64,000 nt of DNA, taken from positions 110,300,001 to 110,364,000 of the forward strand of contig NC_058368.1 in the NCBI RefSeq assembly GCF_018350175.1. Reading direction: 5' to 3'. The stretch comes from Felis catus. Lineage: Eukaryota. Shown piece by piece: positions 53,053 through 64,000 of this stretch. Position 1 is the stretch's first letter, and the number at the start of each line of letters is the position of its first letter. The notes below the pieces were generated by a model. The model saw nothing but the letters and a program-made list of their open reading frames with translations, had not been told where the DNA came from and searched no databases. Both the position numbers and the translations under genes were made by a program.

Positions 53053-53278
53053 GGGGTGCCTGGGTGGCTCAGTCGGTTAAGCGGCCGACTTCGGCTCAGG
53101 TCATGATCTCGTGGTCCGTGAGTTCGAGCCCCGCATCGGGCTCTGTGCTGACAGCTCAGAGCCTGGAGCCTGTTTCAGATTCTGTGTCTCCCTCTTTCTG
53201 ACCCTCCCCTGTTCATGCTCTGTCTCTCCCTGTCTCAAAAATAAATAAAAACGTTAAAAAAAATAAAAAAAAAAAAAA
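53053..53278 (+). mobile_element. Young Can-SINE (SINEC_Fc-like)
   Basis: Near-consensus with a long A tail. Perfect TSD AGAAGACGTGCCC at 53037-53049 and 53279-53291. Confidence 0.97.
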
Positions 53279-54619
53279 AGAAGACGTGCCCACAGCTATC
53301 ATGGCAAGAACGGGCACCTTGCCTACATCTCATCTTTTAGGTGTTTCATTTTGATTATAAAATTATCCACAGTCCACGCCTGGAGTGGGTTCATATATCC
53401 AGAAATTACCCTGTACATACATGCTCACTCCCTGTGAGTGTCAAGTACGCTGCCTTAGGCTTTACCCAAAACAAGACACCCCCACACACATGCACGGTCA
53501 TACCCCCAAGCACATGAGGGCTGAGTCAAGGCGTGGGTTGTTAGTGCAAAAGGGCCTTTAGCGGTGATGGAGCTCAGCCTCCTCCTTCTGTGGGTGGGAA
53601 ACTAAGGTGAAGGGAGTGACAGGAATTCTAAAATCCCCTCCAGTTCAAACATCTCATCATCCTGACTCACAGACTTCTATAGATCACACAGTGTTTCGTC
53701 CCTGTGACCCTGTCTGTTCAGTAGACAGACTTTCTGAGGGGAAGCTGATGCAGCAAGGCAGCCCGGCCAAGTCGGAAGTCTCCACAGAAACCCAAACTCT
53801 TTGGGTTATAAGCCCACACCCCTGTTTGAACACCAGCCTGGGAAACTCTCTTTCTCAGGAAAGGATCCCTCCCTGCTCCAACTCAGGCCCCTGCCTAGAA
53901 TCTTCTCTCTCCTGCTGAGGATTAACTGTTCTGCATCTTGGGCAGGAAATGAGTTCTTCACTGTTTATTGTGGTCAAATCCTAAAATGAAGTCGATACAG
54001 CAGTAAAGGCTGAATACGTTGATGTCTCTTTACTAATTCATGAGACACTTTACAGTCCCCCACTGTCTGCGCTAAGATGGATGGAAACTGAAAAAGAAGC
54101 GCAAGTTAAATTATGTCTTTGATAACTTCTGCTTAACTGGCCTGTCAAGGGACCAAGAAGATTAAACATTTGTGATTTATTCCCATGTTAATCTCAACAG
54201 GCGCCAGCACGCGCATGCACACCCACGCACACGCATGCAACTGATGAGAGACCTCCCCAGACCTCATTTCAGATGCGACCCCAACACTCAGCAGCGGCGT
54301 GAAATCGGAGAAAGGTCAGTGCTGATAGGCCATAACCGAAGGCTCATTATTTCTTGTTTACTCCTTCATGCCTTCATTCACGTGCTCATTCAACCTCTCC
54401 TCTTCTGCTTCTGCACTTGCGAAAAAGAGTCTTGCCTGGGCAGCAAGAAGGTTGGGGTGGGGGGCTGGGGAGCTCAACTGACTCGTTTCTAGGCAAACAG
54501 TCAATTCCTAACAGCCCCCACTGCTCTGCCTCTCCCAGGCCAAGTGGCCTTCCCCAGCCTGTTCCTAACTCTAGGCTCTCTTTCCCTTTGAGTAAACGGT
54601 ATGCTTGATAATCATAGCA

Positions 54620-54830
54620 GCCACCAGTGACTGAGGCTTACAACATAGTGAATCCTTTAGGGCACTTACCTTATTTAATCCTCACAACAGCCCTCTGGAG
54701 TACAATTCTTTTGCTTTTTTTACATACTAGAATTGGGAGGCTCAAAGAAGTTACCTACCAGAAGACACCAGGCTACAAAATAGAGATTTGAAGTCAAGGT
54801 GGCCAGACTTCAGCGCTCATATCCTGAACC
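54620..54830 (-). mobile_element. MIR fragment
   Basis: ttatttaatcctcacaacagccct...gaggctcaaagaagtt...gagatttgaagtcaag. Confidence 0.6.
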
Positions 54831-56304
54831 ACCACCACCACCCCCCAACCCCTGGGGACAGTCCTCATGCACTGGCGCCCTGTCTCTGGACTGCTCTGGG
54901 TCACCAATGGTCACAGCCTATATCCCCAGAGGTTTTCCAAGGTTGGTGCTTCTGAGTGAAGTCTTCTTGCTCTCTTTCCTCCTGGACCTCTGCAGATGGG
55001 GCTGGTCCTATGAAAGGGATTTCCCCTAACCTGCCCTGTAGGCCTCCCAGAGCTGAGTGCAGAGCCATGGGGATTCCAGGAAAAGGACAGAAAAGAAGAG
55101 AAAAATGGAAAACACCTTGAGGCAGAGTTCCTAGGACTAGTGCAAAGGAAGGCACAGAGAAGGCAGGGTTCAGGCCCTTCCCAGGGGGTACACAGGCCTC
55201 AGGGCTGCCCTGGCCCCATCTAGATCTTCAGAAAGAACCGTCTGGTGTTCTCTCTAGAGAGAGAAGTCCAGAAGGCTTCTCTCTGGACACATGGTGATCC
55301 CACTCCCTTCCACTGCTTCAACCTCTTCCATGCCATAACAGACCCACAAATTTACATCTCCACATGTCACCTCAGTCTTAAGCTGCAGACCGTATTTCTG
55401 CCCTCACCAGGTGACCCACAGACTTCAAAGCCAACACAGTTCCAACTAGATTCAGCATCTCTTCCCCACACCCGTTTCCTCCTATGTTTGTTATGGATCT
55501 ACACGTAATCTGGAAGCAGGCTTCAGACCCCAGAATCTCCCTTCTTTCCTCCCTCACCTATCAGGCCCACCCCTTCCTCCCAACAACTGCTACCTGTGTT
55601 CAGGAATCAGCATTTCCTATATCTTCACCTCTAATCTGACTTAGACTAAGGCTGAGCCTCCAACAGGACTCCTGTCTCCACACATACAGCCGAAGTCAAG
55701 CCCACAATGCCCACCCCTACTCACAGCACATGATGCTTTTAAAAGCAATTTTCAAACCATTCCATCTTGTTGTCCAGTGAGAGGTACACAGTGGGGGACC
55801 CTTTAAGGTCCTTTTAAGAATGGTGTTGATTAAGAGTCACTTACTGCACAAATATGCCTTGAGTGTCTGCTGTGAGCAGTGTACTAGGAGCTAGGCATAA
55901 AGTGGTCAGCTACACAGTGAGTCCCTATGCTTGTGGACTGAGGGCCCTATTGAGGGAGATAGTCACCAAAGAGTGAACAAAGTGAATGGAATACAGTATT
56001 AGACAGCAATGTGTTGCTATGAGGATCAAAAGCATTAATCAGCATGTTTCACGTAGAACATAGCCTGGCATGTAGTAAACACTCAATAAATGGTATCTTG
56101 TAACCCCTGAACACCCCAACTGAAATAGCTCTGATCACTTTTCATTTGACAGATGAGAAAATACAGCACAAGAGCCCAAGTTCACCAAGTGAGTAAGCAG
56201 AAGGGCCAGGCTTTTAAGCCCCGGGAATCTGATCCCAGGATCCACTCTTCTAACTACTGTGTGATGTCGCTTCTCTAGGAGACCTGTTGGAGTTGGTGCA
56301 GTTG

Positions 56305-56960
56305 GTGCTGTGTTGGTCTGGGTTCTCCCAGAAGCAGAACTGAAACAAAGATTCATGGGCAGACAGTTTAAGAGGTAGTTCCAGGGGCACCAGGATGGCT
56401 CAGTCGGTCAAGCATCCGACTTCAGCTCAGGTCATGATCTCATAGTCTATGAGTTCAAGCCCCACGTCGGGCTCTGTGCTGACAGCTCGGAGCCTGTAGC
56501 CTGCTTCGGATTCTGTGTCTCCCTCTCTCTGAACCTCCCCATTCATGCTGTGTCTCTGTCTCAAAAATAAACATTAAAAAAAATTTTTTTTAAAAAGAGG
56601 CGGTTACGGGAAGCCCTGGGGGGGGGGGGGCGGGTAGGAAAGTGAAACAGAGCTTCGTATGGGTGTGTCATCAAGTCAGTTAGCCCTGTGGGTAGATGGA
56701 ACCTCATCCTGCTGGGGCCTCTGGGATCCAGTGTAAAACACATGCCTCCAAATCTCCTTCCACCCAAAGGGCTGCCAGAGCTACAGTATTCATACACCAA
56801 CTCCCCTGTCATTGTTGGAGGACTGCTTTCGTGGGGGAATTCATTCTCTGGCACGTCTGACTCGCCATTTGCACAAGCAGAGGAGAAACCTGTTCTGAGA
56901 GAAACTGCCCAGGTAATGAAAGGCAGCTGCTGGCAGGTTGAAGTCAGGCTGTGTGCACAG
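56305..56960. mobile_element. Old MLT1-type LTR split by a SINE
   Basis: tgttggtctgggttctcccagaagcagaactgaaacaaagattc, resuming after the SINE with atgggtgtgtcatcaagtcagtta. Confidence 0.55.
56384..56596 (+). mobile_element. Can-SINE (SINEC_Fc-like)
   Basis: GGGGCACCAGGATGGCTCAGTCGG head, full body and A-rich tail. Confidence 0.93.
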
Positions 56961-57385
56961 AAGTGTGGAGGCCCAAGGGGATGTGGCGAAGGCACCAATG
57001 GCAGCTGCGAGAGCATTCCAGGGAGAGGGGACACCTGTGTGAAGGCCGCCGGGCAAGAGCAGACTTGGTGTGTGCAAGCAGCAAAGCCATGGAGAGGACT
57101 CATCCGGACTGTGTGGTGGGAATAGCAGCCAGAGGGGATGCCATTGGCTAGACCACATAGGGCCGCATAGGTCGTGAAAAGGAGCTGGCATTTTAATCCA
57201 AATATGATGGGGATGCCATGGAAGTTTTCATGCAAGAGAGTAAGTTTATGTCTTTAAAAGATCATTCTGGTCACTGGGTGGAAAATAGATGGAGGGCACA
57301 AGAACAAAAGAAGGGAGACCAATTAGGAGGCCATGACAGTAGTTCAGATGACAGACAAGTTGGCTTGGACTAGGGTGGCATATTT

Positions 57386-57729
57386 GTGTGTGTGTGTGTG
57401 TGTGTGTGTGCCATACTGTTGTTGTTTTTTTTTTTTTTAATTCTAGTATGGTTAACATACAGTGTTGTATTAGTTTCAGGTGTGCAATATAGTGATTAAA
57501 AACTTACATACCACACCCAGCGCTCATCTCAGCACGTGCCCTCCTTCATCTCTATCCCCTGTTTCAACCATCCCCACCACCTCCCCTCTGGTAACCATCA
57601 GTTTGTTCTCTAGTTTGTCTCTCTTTTTTCCCTTTGCTCATTTGTTTTGTTTCTTAAATTCCACATATGAGTGAAATCATATGGTATTTGTCTCTCTCTG
57701 ACTTATTTCACTTAGCAATATACTGTCAC
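57386..57729 (-). mobile_element. Short carnivore L1 3' end with a (TG)n-containing tail, inserted in an L2
   Basis: ttaacatacagtgttgtattagtttcaggtgtgcaatatagtgatt...ccacatatgagtgaaatcatatggtatttgtc. TSD-like AGGGTGGCAT at 57372-57381 and 57730-57739. Confidence 0.85.
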
Positions 57730-57930
57730 AGGGTGGCATTTTAATTGTGGTTGGATTTGGGCTATAGAGTGAATTTACACTTGATAAGAATTAACGATGG
57801 CATGATCGTGGGGTCTGAGTGAAAGAGAAGAGTCATTTATTGAGATGGAAGCGTTAGGGGAGTCACAAGTGCAGAGCAGCAGGTGGAGAATCCAGAAGTC
57901 ACTTTTGGACATTTAATATTTGAAGCATCT

Positions 57931-58172
57931 GGGGCACCTGGGTGGCTCAGTCGGTTAAGCGTCCAACTTCCCTTAGGTCATGATCTCGCGGTCTGTGAGT
58001 TCAAGGCCCGTGTCGGGCTCTGTGCTGACAACTCAGAGCCTGGAGCCTGCTTCGGATTCTGTGCCTCCCTCTTTTTCTGCCCCTCCCGGGCTGGCTGGCC
58101 CTCTCTCTCTCTCTCTCTCTCTTTCCCTCCCTCCCTCAGTCTCAAAAATAAAAACGTTAAAAAAATAATAAA
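57931..58172 (+). mobile_element. Can-SINE (SINEC_Fc-like)
   Basis: GGGGCACCTGGGTGGCTCAGTCGGTTAAGCG head, TC tract and A tail. Confidence 0.93.
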
Positions 58173-58609
58173 ATTTTTTGAGGTGTCTGTCACTGGACTG
58201 CTGGCCACACGAGTCTGGAGCTCAATGGGGAGTTTGGTTGTTTCAATGTTGTGACCAACCACCTTCCTTTGCCTCTCCACTGCTCCAGGCCTCCGGGAGA
58301 GCCCTTCCCGGACACCTTGGGCAGGGTCCCGCATGTATGTGGCCTGAAGGGCTGGCCCGGCCTGGAAGAGGACGGTGGATGCAGAAACACTGTGGGCAGC
58401 TGGAACGTAGCAAGATAGGAAACTCTGAGCCCAGGTGGTCAGGAGAAAAGTTAGCCCCAAGGAGATACTGGGGTGTACCCAGGTTACCACCTTCAATGAA
58501 TAGACAGGAGTTTTAAATATTTTCTTCTGGTCCTGAGTGCACAAAGTTGAATGAGTCACACAGTTCAGTTCAATCATACAGTTCACACGCTTCACTGTGC
58601 AGACTCGTT

Positions 58610-60900
58610 TCTGGTTTTATTTTTTGATCCTCTCCCCTCGCCTCGTGTTTCCATATCTCTTCTGCCCTGTGCGTAGGTACGATCTCTAACATATTCATTA
58701 ATGCCACTAGACATGGGGATACCCAACAAAACTATATAATGTTGTTTTATATATGTTTGTTGTGATAATTCAAAATGTTACTTCCTTCTCCTTTCCTCAA
58801 CACTGTGCTAAGCTCTATTTGCACGACCACATATAAACCTGGTTTATTTTTACCAATTATTGTGTCGTGGGTTTTTTTAAGAAATAAATGTATAGACTAC
58901 ATTTTCTTATCCATTCTCCTAAAGCAACACTCTTGGGCTGCCTCAAACTCCTCCTTCACAAACTATGCTGTAAGAAATACATTAAAAAAATAATAAGTTT
59001 TTAGTAGATAGCCTTTAAGATTGGAAATTTTCCTTTTATTCAGATTTTCTCAGATGATGTTATTTTTTTTTCAGGAAGAGATGTTGAACTATCTCAAATG
59101 CTTCCCATGCGTCTACTAAAGTGACACGATTTTTCTCCTTTATTCCATTAATACATTAAATCACATTAATAGATTTTCTAAAGCTTTAACTTTCTAGAAT
59201 TCCTTGGATAAATTCAATTTAAACCATTACCTCTAATTAGCTCACATATTTAGGATTTTCACACCTATGTTTATAGTGCAATTGGCCCATAATTTCTTTT
59301 TCCTGAATTGCTTTTATCCAGTTTTGGAATCAAGGTCACAATAATCGGATAAAATTATGTGAACAGTTTTCTCTCTATTCCTATTTTTTTATAGCAACTT
59401 TGTAAGAATGGGATTATCTCTTCCTTGAAAGACTGAACATAGCTGTAAAACTATTGGGAGCTGGGGCTTTTTTTGGAAAGGGTGATGAAGATTCCACTTC
59501 GGTTTCTTCAAGGGTTACAGTTCTAAGATCTCAGGCCACTTTTAGCATTTTTACATTTTTCTGCACTATTATGTAGCTCATCAGAGCATCCAATTTATTA
59601 GCACATAGCTGTACACACTTTCACTTATATTTTGTTTATTCACATTTTCTTCCTCCTCTCCCTCTCCTACCAGTCTTGCCGGAGGCTTATCTATTTCATT
59701 AGTCTTCCTAAAGAACACTTTGAGTTTTGCTCATTTCCCATTTGTTTTTGTTCTCTAGATTTATTTATTTCTGCCTGCATTCTTATTTAGGTTCTTCCTT
59801 CTTGTTTATTTGGTTTTACCTTGTTTCTCTCTTGAATGTGCTAAGTTGAAAGCCCTATTCTGTTTTTGTATTCTTTCCTAATTTCTGCAGTATTTAAAGC
59901 TATAAATTTACTTCCAAGTAAATTTTAATATGACCCACAAATTATGATGTGTGGTGTTTTCATTGCCATTCACCTCTAAGTATTTAATAGTTTCTCTTTG
60001 ATTACTTTTATAGCCCAACGATATTTGGCTGTATTCTTCCTATGTCTAGAGATATAGGACTTTTTCAATTTAGTTGCATCATTGTCAGGAACATTGTGTT
60101 GTGTATATGATGTTGATTCCTTTACATTTACTAAAGTAGACTACGATGTAATCTGTGTCTGTTCCATGTATATATGAAAGTACTTTTTTTCTTGGGGACA
60201 GACTGGATTAACTACATTACTATGATCATCTATCTTTGCCTATTTCTATATGCTTCAACTACTATCATTGGAGAGGATGTATTTAAAATCTTCAACTATG
60301 CTTTGGATTTATTCTCATCCTAGATCTATCAGTTGTTGCTTTATGTTTTTTTGACCTTATACTGTATAGGACATATATGTTCATGTTCACTGTATTTTTT
60401 GATATATTATTTGTTTTATCAATATATAACACCTTTATTTTTCCCCTTGTAGTATCTAATGTCTTAAATTATTACTTTGATATTATAACCTTTATCTGGA
60501 CTTATTTTGGGTAAATTTTTTCTACCCTTTCTGTATATTTTTGGTTTTATCTATCTTATAGCAATATATTGCTTGATTTTATCTTTTTAATTCAATTAGA
60601 GAGTCTGTACTTTGGTTAATAAGTTTTAACTATTTACATTTATTATAATTTTAACTATATTATATTTATTACAAATATTATAATATTTATTTCTGCCTTT
60701 TTTATGCTTCCAATTTTACATACCTGCTTTTTTTCTCCCTTACTTTGTGTATATTCTGCTGGGTGGATGTAATTTTCTTCAGCTGGTGTGAAAATTATAC
60801 ATTTTGTTTTTATTGTCCTAGTAGTTGTTCCTAAGTTGTTAAGAACAATAGCTCCATCCCTTATCAATTTCTTAAGCTATCAGTATGTATGTTTATACTC
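58610..60900 (-). mobile_element. Very old L1 (L1ME-type) fragments
   Basis: T-rich sequence with L1 ORF2 antisense motifs (tttctcctttattccattaat, atctcttccttgaaagactga, ttaaagctataaatt, ttaaaatcttcaactatg). Confidence 0.7.
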
Positions 60901-61257
60901 CAGAAAAAGAATTTCAGAGAAATAGACAAAATCAAACCAAAGACACGGAGAGATGGAAGGGTAAAAGGAAGGGAATAAATGAAGGAGCAAGAGGTTAGCA
61001 AGGAACAGGGGAAAAAAAAAAGAGAGAGAGAGAAAAACAGATAAAATCCATAAAAAGAACGAGGGTCTGAGGGAATAAAGCCAGGAGTCCTACATACCCA
61101 ATATGTTCAAATTGAGAGAGCAAGACAAGCTCCAGGTTTCATTTGTTCCTTGTAAATGAAATGTCTCCAGAACATTTATTTCTTCCCTTGCTTGGGAAAA
61201 CATTACAGATTATTTCATGATTATTAACTAAGAAGTTACACTGTTCTAGGCCCTCTT

Positions 61258-61459
61258 TTTTGTTTTAAGTTTACTTATTTATTTTGAGAGAGACAGAATG
61301 CAGGAGGGGCAGAGAGAGGGAAAGGGAGAGAATCCCAAGCAGGCTCCACACTGTCAGCGCAGAGACTGATATGGGGCTCAAACTCACAAACTGTGAGATC
61401 ATGACCTGAGCTGGAACCAAGAGTCAGAGGTTTAACACACTGAGACACCGAGGTGCCCC
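61258..61459 (-). mobile_element. Can-SINE
   Basis: TSD CTAGGCCCTCTTTT at ~61246 and ~61459. Confidence 0.93.
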
Positions 61460-63579
61460 TAGGCCCTCTTTTATGCTTGAATACAAAGCTGTGAACAAGC
61501 AGATGGTCTCCTTGCCCTCCTAGAACTCACAGTCAACATAGATGGTTTAAAAAGTAATGACAAGAGAGCAGGGGAAGACAGAGCACCTCAGGAATATCCA
61601 GCAAGGCAAATCCTTCCATATGAAGTGATGTCTAAGCTGAGGTTGGAAGGATTGAACTCCTTTGCCAGTGGGTGCCAAGAGCAGAGGCTGGCCTTCACTG
61701 CTGCCATGCTGCTGGCCACTGGTCTTCTGCATCCTGTGCGTCAAGGTGTGGTCAAGGGCACAGGGCTTGCATTGGCATAGAGCCACTTGCAACAGCCCAT
61801 TTTCTCAGTACACAAACCCAAAATTCACAAGGTCCCCACCCTGTCCCATCTCCCCAGGCTGTGTCAGTGGGTAAGGGTAAACTGATGTCAATGTGACCAC
61901 TTGGGTCCCGAGGCCCTCCTACTTCTCCGCTTCACCTGCCTCCATACCTGCTTGCGATCTTAATTTTCTTTATCCCCAATCGCACTCACTAATTTAGACT
62001 GATCAAAGGAGGAGTCTGAGGGGGTAAATCTTTGACGGAAAAGAAGGAGCTATTATTGTTTCTGAGGAGCTACAGCAAATCCAGTGAGGCCCACCTCAAA
62101 TGCAATCCACACTGGCGTCACTGAACAAACAGGAGCAGAAAAGAATAGGAATGGTAGAGGAGGGTATGAGATGCCGCTTTGGAGACGAGCACCTGTATGC
62201 AAACCCTGATTTCATCCTTTACTGTCACTGTGACCTGGGGAACACCCCTGAAGTTAGCACTATTATTCAAGCCCAACTTGGACATACCAACAAAAGAGGT
62301 AGCATCACAGTTTTCTCTGGTGAGAAAACATGCCAAGTGGCTTCCAGTGGATTCCGAACACCTAACCCATACTACTTACTAATCATTTTCTTAAAATCGG
62401 TTTGAACAAAATACAAAAAGCTCTAGTTCATAAAGATAACTTTGTGATTAAGTATGTGGATCACAACACATTCTTTAAGGACTCCTGCGTTATCCTGAAG
62501 TTGCCATCGCTTGCCTCATTTAAAAATCCAAGATATCTAGTCTCATTCTTATTAACTTGTCCTTGTGTATTCATTCATTTGTTCAACAAATATTTATTGG
62601 ATGCCTAGCAGACAGGCATTTCACAAAGTAGGCATTCAGTAAATGTTTGTTGAATTTAAAAAATAATTGTATCTCCAGAATCGATGTTGTTTGTTTGATC
62701 ATATACATATGTTTGATCATATCTATAAAATGCCTTGATTTTTACTTTGATTCACCTATGAAACACATTAGCTGATCTATAGCCAAGAAATATGTACTTT
62801 TAGAGGATTGCTTTAGAAAATTTGCATTCCATTAAACTTGCCAGATTTCTCAAAAGGTGGGGAAAAACAAATTCTTCGTAGAGTGCAATGCTGTAAACAG
62901 ATAAGCTCACTAAACAATTATTTACATTCCTAAAACATGAGCATTTCTCTTTTCTATCTAATCCTCAATTTTTACACACCTTACTTTTTCATCTACACTG
63001 GGAACACTCAGCAGTGATATTATTATTTGCCAAATCGTTTTGTGTATTTTTACTCCAAGGCTAATCACTTCTGAGTTTAACAAAGTCAGGTTAGAAACTG
63101 AATTTGTACAACTTTTCTCTAGATCAGACAATTTTAGAATACAGACCCCCTTTGAAGGCATGTACCATGGAGTTAGAAATATGACAGCCCATTGTCCCTG
63201 CTAAAATGCTTCCCTGAAAAAACGTATAGGTTGACAAGTTTAATTACTCTTGATTTTTATGCCTGCCTTTTTAAAATACTGAAATGTTCGGGCCATGAAC
63301 ACCGTTACCGTTTTAAAGGACAGAGACAGTAGAGAGAGGCAGAAGTTTGGGTTATGTCATTCACTGTCCCAGAGCCCAGGGGAGCCCTGCAAGGCCCAGC
63401 CAGGAGAGCCTCATGGGATCACCCAGCTCATGCTACCAATGCTGAAGGTACCGGCTGTGGGGGCACGAGGCACTCTCCCACTCTCAACTCAATGGCTTAT
63501 ATATTTAACTGTACACACTGAGGCGGCCTTGTCACATTGTGCAAAACAAGAATATGAAACCAGACAATTCTTTATGATC

Positions 63580-63900
63580 ATGAGTACATGTAAGCAAAAG
63601 ATACCCATGGGCATTATGCCGAGTAGGGAAAAAAAGGCAATCTCAAAGGCTTACATACCCTATGATTTCACTGACATAGCACTCTCAAAGTGACAGAATT
63701 ATGGTGATAGAGACCAGATCAGAGGTTCCCAGGGGTTAGGGCTGGGGGAAGGATGTGACTTCTAGGGGGTAATGTGAGAGCTTCTTTGGTGTGCGGAACA
63801 GTGTTGTACCTGGTTGTGCTAAGTTATTCAATCTACACATGTGATAAAACATCACAGAACTACACACACACACACACACGCACACGCACACACACACACG
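63580..63900 (+). mobile_element. Old L1 3' end (L1MC/MD-type) ending in (CA)n
   Basis: aaaaaaggcaatctcaaagg...gaccagatcagaggttcccaggggttagg...gtgataaaacatcacagaactacacaca. Confidence 0.75.
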
Positions 63901-63916
63901 CACACACACACACATA
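63862..63916. repeat. Interrupted (CA)n microsatellite
   Basis: CA repeat with CG interruptions. Confidence 0.95.
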
Positions 63917-64000
63917 CAGGATTGCCAGTAAAATCCCGGGAAGGTCTGTAACTGAGTTACAAATGCCAATACCATTTTTCTGGTTTTGACATTGCATAAT

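Noticed and set aside
56561..58595. 224-aa and 205-aa minus-strand ORFs
   Set aside because: They run across L2, MLT and SINE boundaries, so they are chimeric chance ORFs.
62100..62405. 101-aa ORF with open frames on both strands
   Set aside because: The core (gctttggagac...aaaccctgatttcatcctttactgtcactgtgacctgggg) is MIR-like.

Overview
Mammalian genomic DNA, almost certainly from a cat-family carnivore (Felidae/Feliformia), judged from about 18 tRNA-derived Can-SINEs of the SINEC_Fc type and a young carnivore L1. I can support no host protein-coding exon. The main functional element is a CpG island (~20.4-22.1 kb). It holds a minus-strand promoter (palindromic CRE, CCAAT, GC box) and an apparently non-coding first exon ending at a CAG|GTACGC donor (21670). 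Bases 1-21669 are therefore probably intronic and 22-64 kb probably upstream intergenic DNA. I cannot identify the gene with confidence. The most notable structure is a nested transposon stack at ~28.4-39.9 kb. A Charlie-type hAT DNA transposon, with a still-readable BED zinc-finger remnant, carries an apparently full-length ancient L1MC-type LINE with a recognisable TSD. That LINE in turn holds an opposite-strand L1MB-type fragment, an L1MA-type fragment, a young 5'-truncated L1 with a perfect TSD and three SINEs. Several non-repetitive motif clusters are candidate enhancers. I found no convincing new biological system. Repeat subfamily names come from my recall of consensus sequences, not from a database search, and ancient-repeat boundaries are approximate.
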